Shown here piece after piece: positions 59,786 through 64,000 of a stretch of DNA of 64,000 bases. The stretch spans positions 5,185,909-5,249,908 of the forward strand of contig CM074804.1 in NCBI GenBank assembly GCA_037447605.1. Direction: 5' to 3'. The notes under the pieces are model-generated. The model had not been told where the DNA came from, did not search any database, and was given only the letters and a program-made list of their open reading frames with translations. Numbering within the stretch: position 1 is the first letter of the stretch; each line of letters opens with the position of its first letter. The translations under genes and the position numbers were made by a program. This DNA is from Zygnema circumcarinatum SAG 698-1b. Its lineage: Eukaryota > Plantae > Zygnematophyceae.

Positions 59786-62700
59786 ATGGCGGCGGTGGTG
59801 CGCGCGGCTGTGCTTCTGCTTCCGGCGCTGCTCGCCGCCCTCGACCTGCCGCTGACCGCGCGCGCCGCGCCGGCGACCTTCACCGACGTGTTCGTCTCGC
59901 CCTGCGCCTTCCTCGCCGACCCCTCCCCTTCCCTGCTCTTCCCACCCGTCTCCCCGCCGCCCCCCTCGCCCCCCCCGCCCTCGCCTCCGCCTCCCTTCCC
60001 GCCGCCCGTACCTCCGCCGCAAGGTCAGCGCCCCCTCTCTTCCACTCCCGCCTCCGCGGGCCGCCGGAAAGCCGCCCGCGGGCCCCTGGCCGGGACTCAG
60101 CGCGGAGCTGAGTGCGCGGGCGGGCGGGCGGGCGTGCAGGGAACTGCTCGTGGGTGTGCCCCGCGTCGCCGCCGCCGCCGGGCAGCGACCCGCCGCCTCC
60201 CGGCAACGATGCGTCTCCGCCGCCGCTCGACATCCCTCCGCCATACACCGCCGGTACGCGCCATGGCTCACTCTCCTCGTGCGTTCCTGGGCGACGCCTG
60301 GGCCCCATCGTGCTCAGCTCGCTTTCCGAAGCACAATGCACAAGCTTAGTACAGCGCAATGCCCCTGTTTTGCTTTAATATAGGCTACATGCGGGTACTC
60401 CAAATATGGCTGTCGCATATTTATTCTCGGCTGCTCTTCTCTTCCCTCTCCCCTCCCCCTTCCTCTGTCTCGGCCACGCCCCCCTCTCTCTCACTCTCTC
60501 CCCATCTCTCCCGTCCTCTCGTCTTTCTCGCTGTATTCTCCCTCTCCCTTCCTCTCCGCTTTTTCTCCTCCGCTCCCTCTCTCACCCTCTTTCCCCCCTT
60601 TCTTCTCCCCCCTTCCCCGACCGACTTTCTTTTTCTCCCTCTACCTCTCCACTATCTCCCTCGTTCTCTCTCCTCTCTCTCCCCCTCCCCGCTCTTTTCT
60701 CTCTTACTCGTCCCCACCCCACTCTCTCTCTCTCCCTTTCTCCCTCCCTCCCTCCCCGGTCGAGCAGGGTTCCAGCTGTGGAGCGACCCGGCGACGTGGC
60801 CGGGGGGCGCGGTCCCGGGCCTCCCCGGCGTGTCGGAGCTGGCGAACGCGACCATCCCCTGCGGGCAGCTCGTCATGCTGGACGTGCCGCTCCTCGTTCT
60901 GGCCAACCTGCGCGTGCAGGGCCTCCTCAGGTGCGCCCTCCCGCACCGCACCGCACCGCACCGCACCGCGCCCTCTCCCTGCACACCACGTCTCCATGGC
61001 TGACCGCGCTTTGCATGTGCGGTGCTGCGCAGGGTGCTGGACCACCCCTTGCTGCCGAGCATCTACGTGAAGGCGAACTCCATCCTGGTGGAGGGCCAGC
61101 TCTCTGCCGGCACGCCCGCTCGGCAGTTCTCGCAGAAGCTCACCTTCGAGCTCACGCCGAACCCCAACAACCGCGCGCCCCTCCTCTTCACCAGCTTCGC
61201 ACCCGCGGAGCCGCTCTATCCGCGTAACCTCGGCCACAAGGCCTTCGCCGTGGTACATCCTCTGCTTCCTCCTCCACTCTCCCTCCTGCTCCCCCTCCTC
61301 CTCCTCCTCTCTCCCTCCTGCTAACCCTCCTCCTCCTCCTCCTCCTCCTCCTCCTCCTCCTCCTCCTCCTCCTGCTGCTCCTCCTCCTCCTCCTCCTCCT
61401 GCTCCTCCTCCTCCTCCTCCTCCTCCTCCTCCTCCTCCTCCTCCTCCTCCTCCTCCTCCTCCTCCTCCTCCTCCTCCTCTTCCTCCTCCTGCTCCTCCTC
61501 CTCTCTCCCTCCTGCTCCTCCTTCTCCTCCTCCTCCTCCTGCTGCTCCTCCTCCTCCTCCTCCTCCTCCTCCTCCTCCTCCTCCTCGTGCTGCTGCTGCT
61601 GCTGCTGTAGCGCACTCACTGCCCTGCCGGGCGGCCCTGCGCAGGTCGGCGGGCAGGTGCGCCTCCACGGCCTCCCCGGCCCGGCCAGCATGCCCGTCTG
61701 GGTCAAGCTCAGCCGCACGGCCAAGCAGGAACAGACCGCCCTTGCAGTTGACGTGAATCTGGTTGGTCAGTGGAAGGCGGGATCACAAATTGTTATCACC
61801 TCCACGGACTACGACCGAACTCAAGCAGAAGTTTTCACTATCACTGGAGGTAATTTGGGCAATCCAGACGCTGCAGCCATGTGATGCTTGTCGGAATGAC
61901 TTTTTTGGTCAGGCAGTAACCAATCTGAGTTGAACATCGGGGTATGGTGAGGGCAGTTACTCGAAACGGGACAGGTTCCATCCTCCTGTTGGATGCGCCA
62001 CTGAAGTATGAGCATTTTGGAGAGCTTCTTGGAGCCTCCGACGGCATGGGAGGGTTCATGGATCAGCGTGGTGAGGTGGCGCTCCTTTCTCGCAACATTG
62101 TCATCACCGGCACCGACGAACCGGCCCCGAATCAGTATGAAGGTCGGCCAGCTCTGCCTCCCCCCCCGGCAACTGCGGAGTGCGGCCATGGACTCTGTTC
62201 TCTGCCTTCAGCGGGATGCTGAGGGAGGCAGCAGCGGGAGGGGGGATGCAGGCGGGCACTTCATCGTGTTCATGACGAGCATTCCGCAGTACATCGAGGG
62301 CGTGCAGTACCTGCGGATGGGCCAGCAGGGCCAGCTCGGCCGCTACAACATCCACTTCCACGTCGTGGGATCGAGTCCCAACAGCGTCGTCCGCAAGAAC
62401 GCTCTTGTGCACAGCAAGCAGGCAGGCCGCCCTGCACTCCCGCACCTGTTCTAAGGGCCTCCTGCTACTCACCGCTAGAGGCGGGCTAATGGCTGCGCCG
62501 CAAGACTCTCTGGCGGATCCTAACAAAGCGCTTTCCTCCTCCTGCAGCGCTGCATCGTGCTGCACGCCTCCGACAACATCACGGCTGACAGCAACGTGGC
62601 GTACAACACCAGCGGCCACTGCTTCATGACCGAGGTGCATGCTGCTCGCTGATGGTGCTCGTTATGGTGCTGCTGCTCATGATGGTGCTGCTCATGATGG

Positions 62701-64000
62701 TGCTGATGCTGTCGCTGCATCGTGCTGTTTGCTGCATGCTGCAGGAGGGCGGGGAGGTCGGGAACACCTTCATCAACAACATCGGCATCCTCACCAACAA
62801 GGGTGCGTGCCCGCTTCCCTCTTCTTGCCTGCGCGCATGAGCAGCAGCCACAGCCTCGCTGCCTATCGCAGTTGCTGGTCTGCATCACCCTCAGAAATGT
62901 CATTGCATTTGGAGGTGGCTGCAGTGGATCGCCTGATCATGCAGACCGGCAGCACTACAATGACGGACGAAACTGATAATGAACCGGCAACGTTCTGGAT
63001 TACAAATGCACAGAACAATGTCATCAATAATGTGGCTGCCGGCTCTGAAGGAAGCGGGTCTGTCTTCTCGTCTCCTTTTGCTTGTTCCTCATGTGTTCTT
63101 TTCATAACTCATTCAGTAAACTTCCACATTGAATGCCGTGAATCAGTCTGTATGCCTGGTGGAGGTATAGAAAAAGTTAGCAAGTTAGCAAGCCAGCGTC
63201 CTTGACGTCCTGGCTATTTGTTATGCAGATTCTGGATCGAGCTTCGGCGTGCAGTAAGAGGCGCCTCTCTGAGTATTCCACGCGTGAAAGATATGCTTCC
63301 CCTTCACATGTCTCTGACAAACTTCAGCGGAAACGTGGCTCATTCCAATGGGGGAGTAGGTAAGACCTGGCATACATTCCGGTAAAGGAAATGAAACCCA
63401 CGGTTATGCTGGGACCTTTGTATATTGAACTATGTAAAAATCCCTACAACCTGAAACTCAAAAAAGTAAAGCCAAGATTTGAAGAATGGAAAATATTAAA
63501 AACTTTTTGAATGGTTTCATGGCAGTGAGGCCCTAGTAGGTGTAGCGGTCGTCAGGTAACTTGGCTTCGGCTCAAGGGCTGCATAAGATTTCGGAAACTG
63601 TGACGACATGCAAAATATGCAAAGTCTTGCAAGTCTTGACTGGAATCGTTTATCTTGTGAAACGACTTCGCTAAATTATATATCTATTTTTTTTTCAACT
63701 GTAGGCATTCGTACGTATCCGAATGGCATCGATCCTCGAAATGCCGACTGGGTGAGGTTCACTATGAATCATTTCTCGAACTGCTCGTTTAATGGTTTTT
63801 TCTCCGGATTTGCATGCTTTGCTTTCAATTCAAATGCGTTCTGACAGCAGTTGGTGCATGCATTTGGACAGTCACAAGGCAAACCCAACTACATGGATAA
63901 GCTCAATGTCTTCAAGAACCGGTGGACAGGGTAAGCCTCCAACGCATGTACTGGCCCGCCACGTACTCCTTCGTAGCAGTATTTATCATCGTGAAAGCTG
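59786..64000 (+). CDS. G8-domain/beta-helix protein, copy B (5' part; runs off the window)
   Basis: Exons 59786-60023, 60768-60930 (GFQLWSDPATWPGGAVP), 61033-61252 (VKANSILVEGQLSAGT...LGHKAFAV), 61645-61849, then further exons matching copy A. Confidence 0.9.

Noticed and set aside
60359-61724. Long Leu/Ser/Pro and poly-E/G/R ORFs
   Set aside because: They arise from intronic polypyrimidine and (CCT)n tracts of copy B.

Overview
Intron-rich eukaryotic DNA from a streptophyte. The proteins are land-plant-like, but the G8 genes and an apparently ancestral CER1/3 gene suggest a streptophyte alga or early-diverging plant (inference). The window starts with a Ty1/copia LTR element (-; LTR, PBS, gag-PR, integrase) and gapped fragments of a CRE-like LINE. 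Nine housekeeping or secretory genes follow, with exons traced by hand: At1g29790-like methyltransferase, p24delta, CER1/3, a GT90 glycosyltransferase, an 84-aa four-exon microprotein absent from the ORF track, ARL2, NBR1, AP-4 beta-adaptin and RPN9. The right end holds two head-to-head paralogs of a large secreted G8/beta-helix protein, which form an imperfect palindrome. Near-identical, very GC3-rich tracts alternate with diverged tracts between the two copies, which looks like patchy GC-biased gene conversion. Also present are two MITEs (Tc1/mariner-type and hAT-type), a MULE-like remnant, dispersed repeats, a 15-bp VNTR, telomere-like repeats and several GC-AG introns. There are four 10-N gaps, and no tRNA, rRNA or CRISPR array was seen. 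Family assignments come from recalled motifs; no database searches were run.
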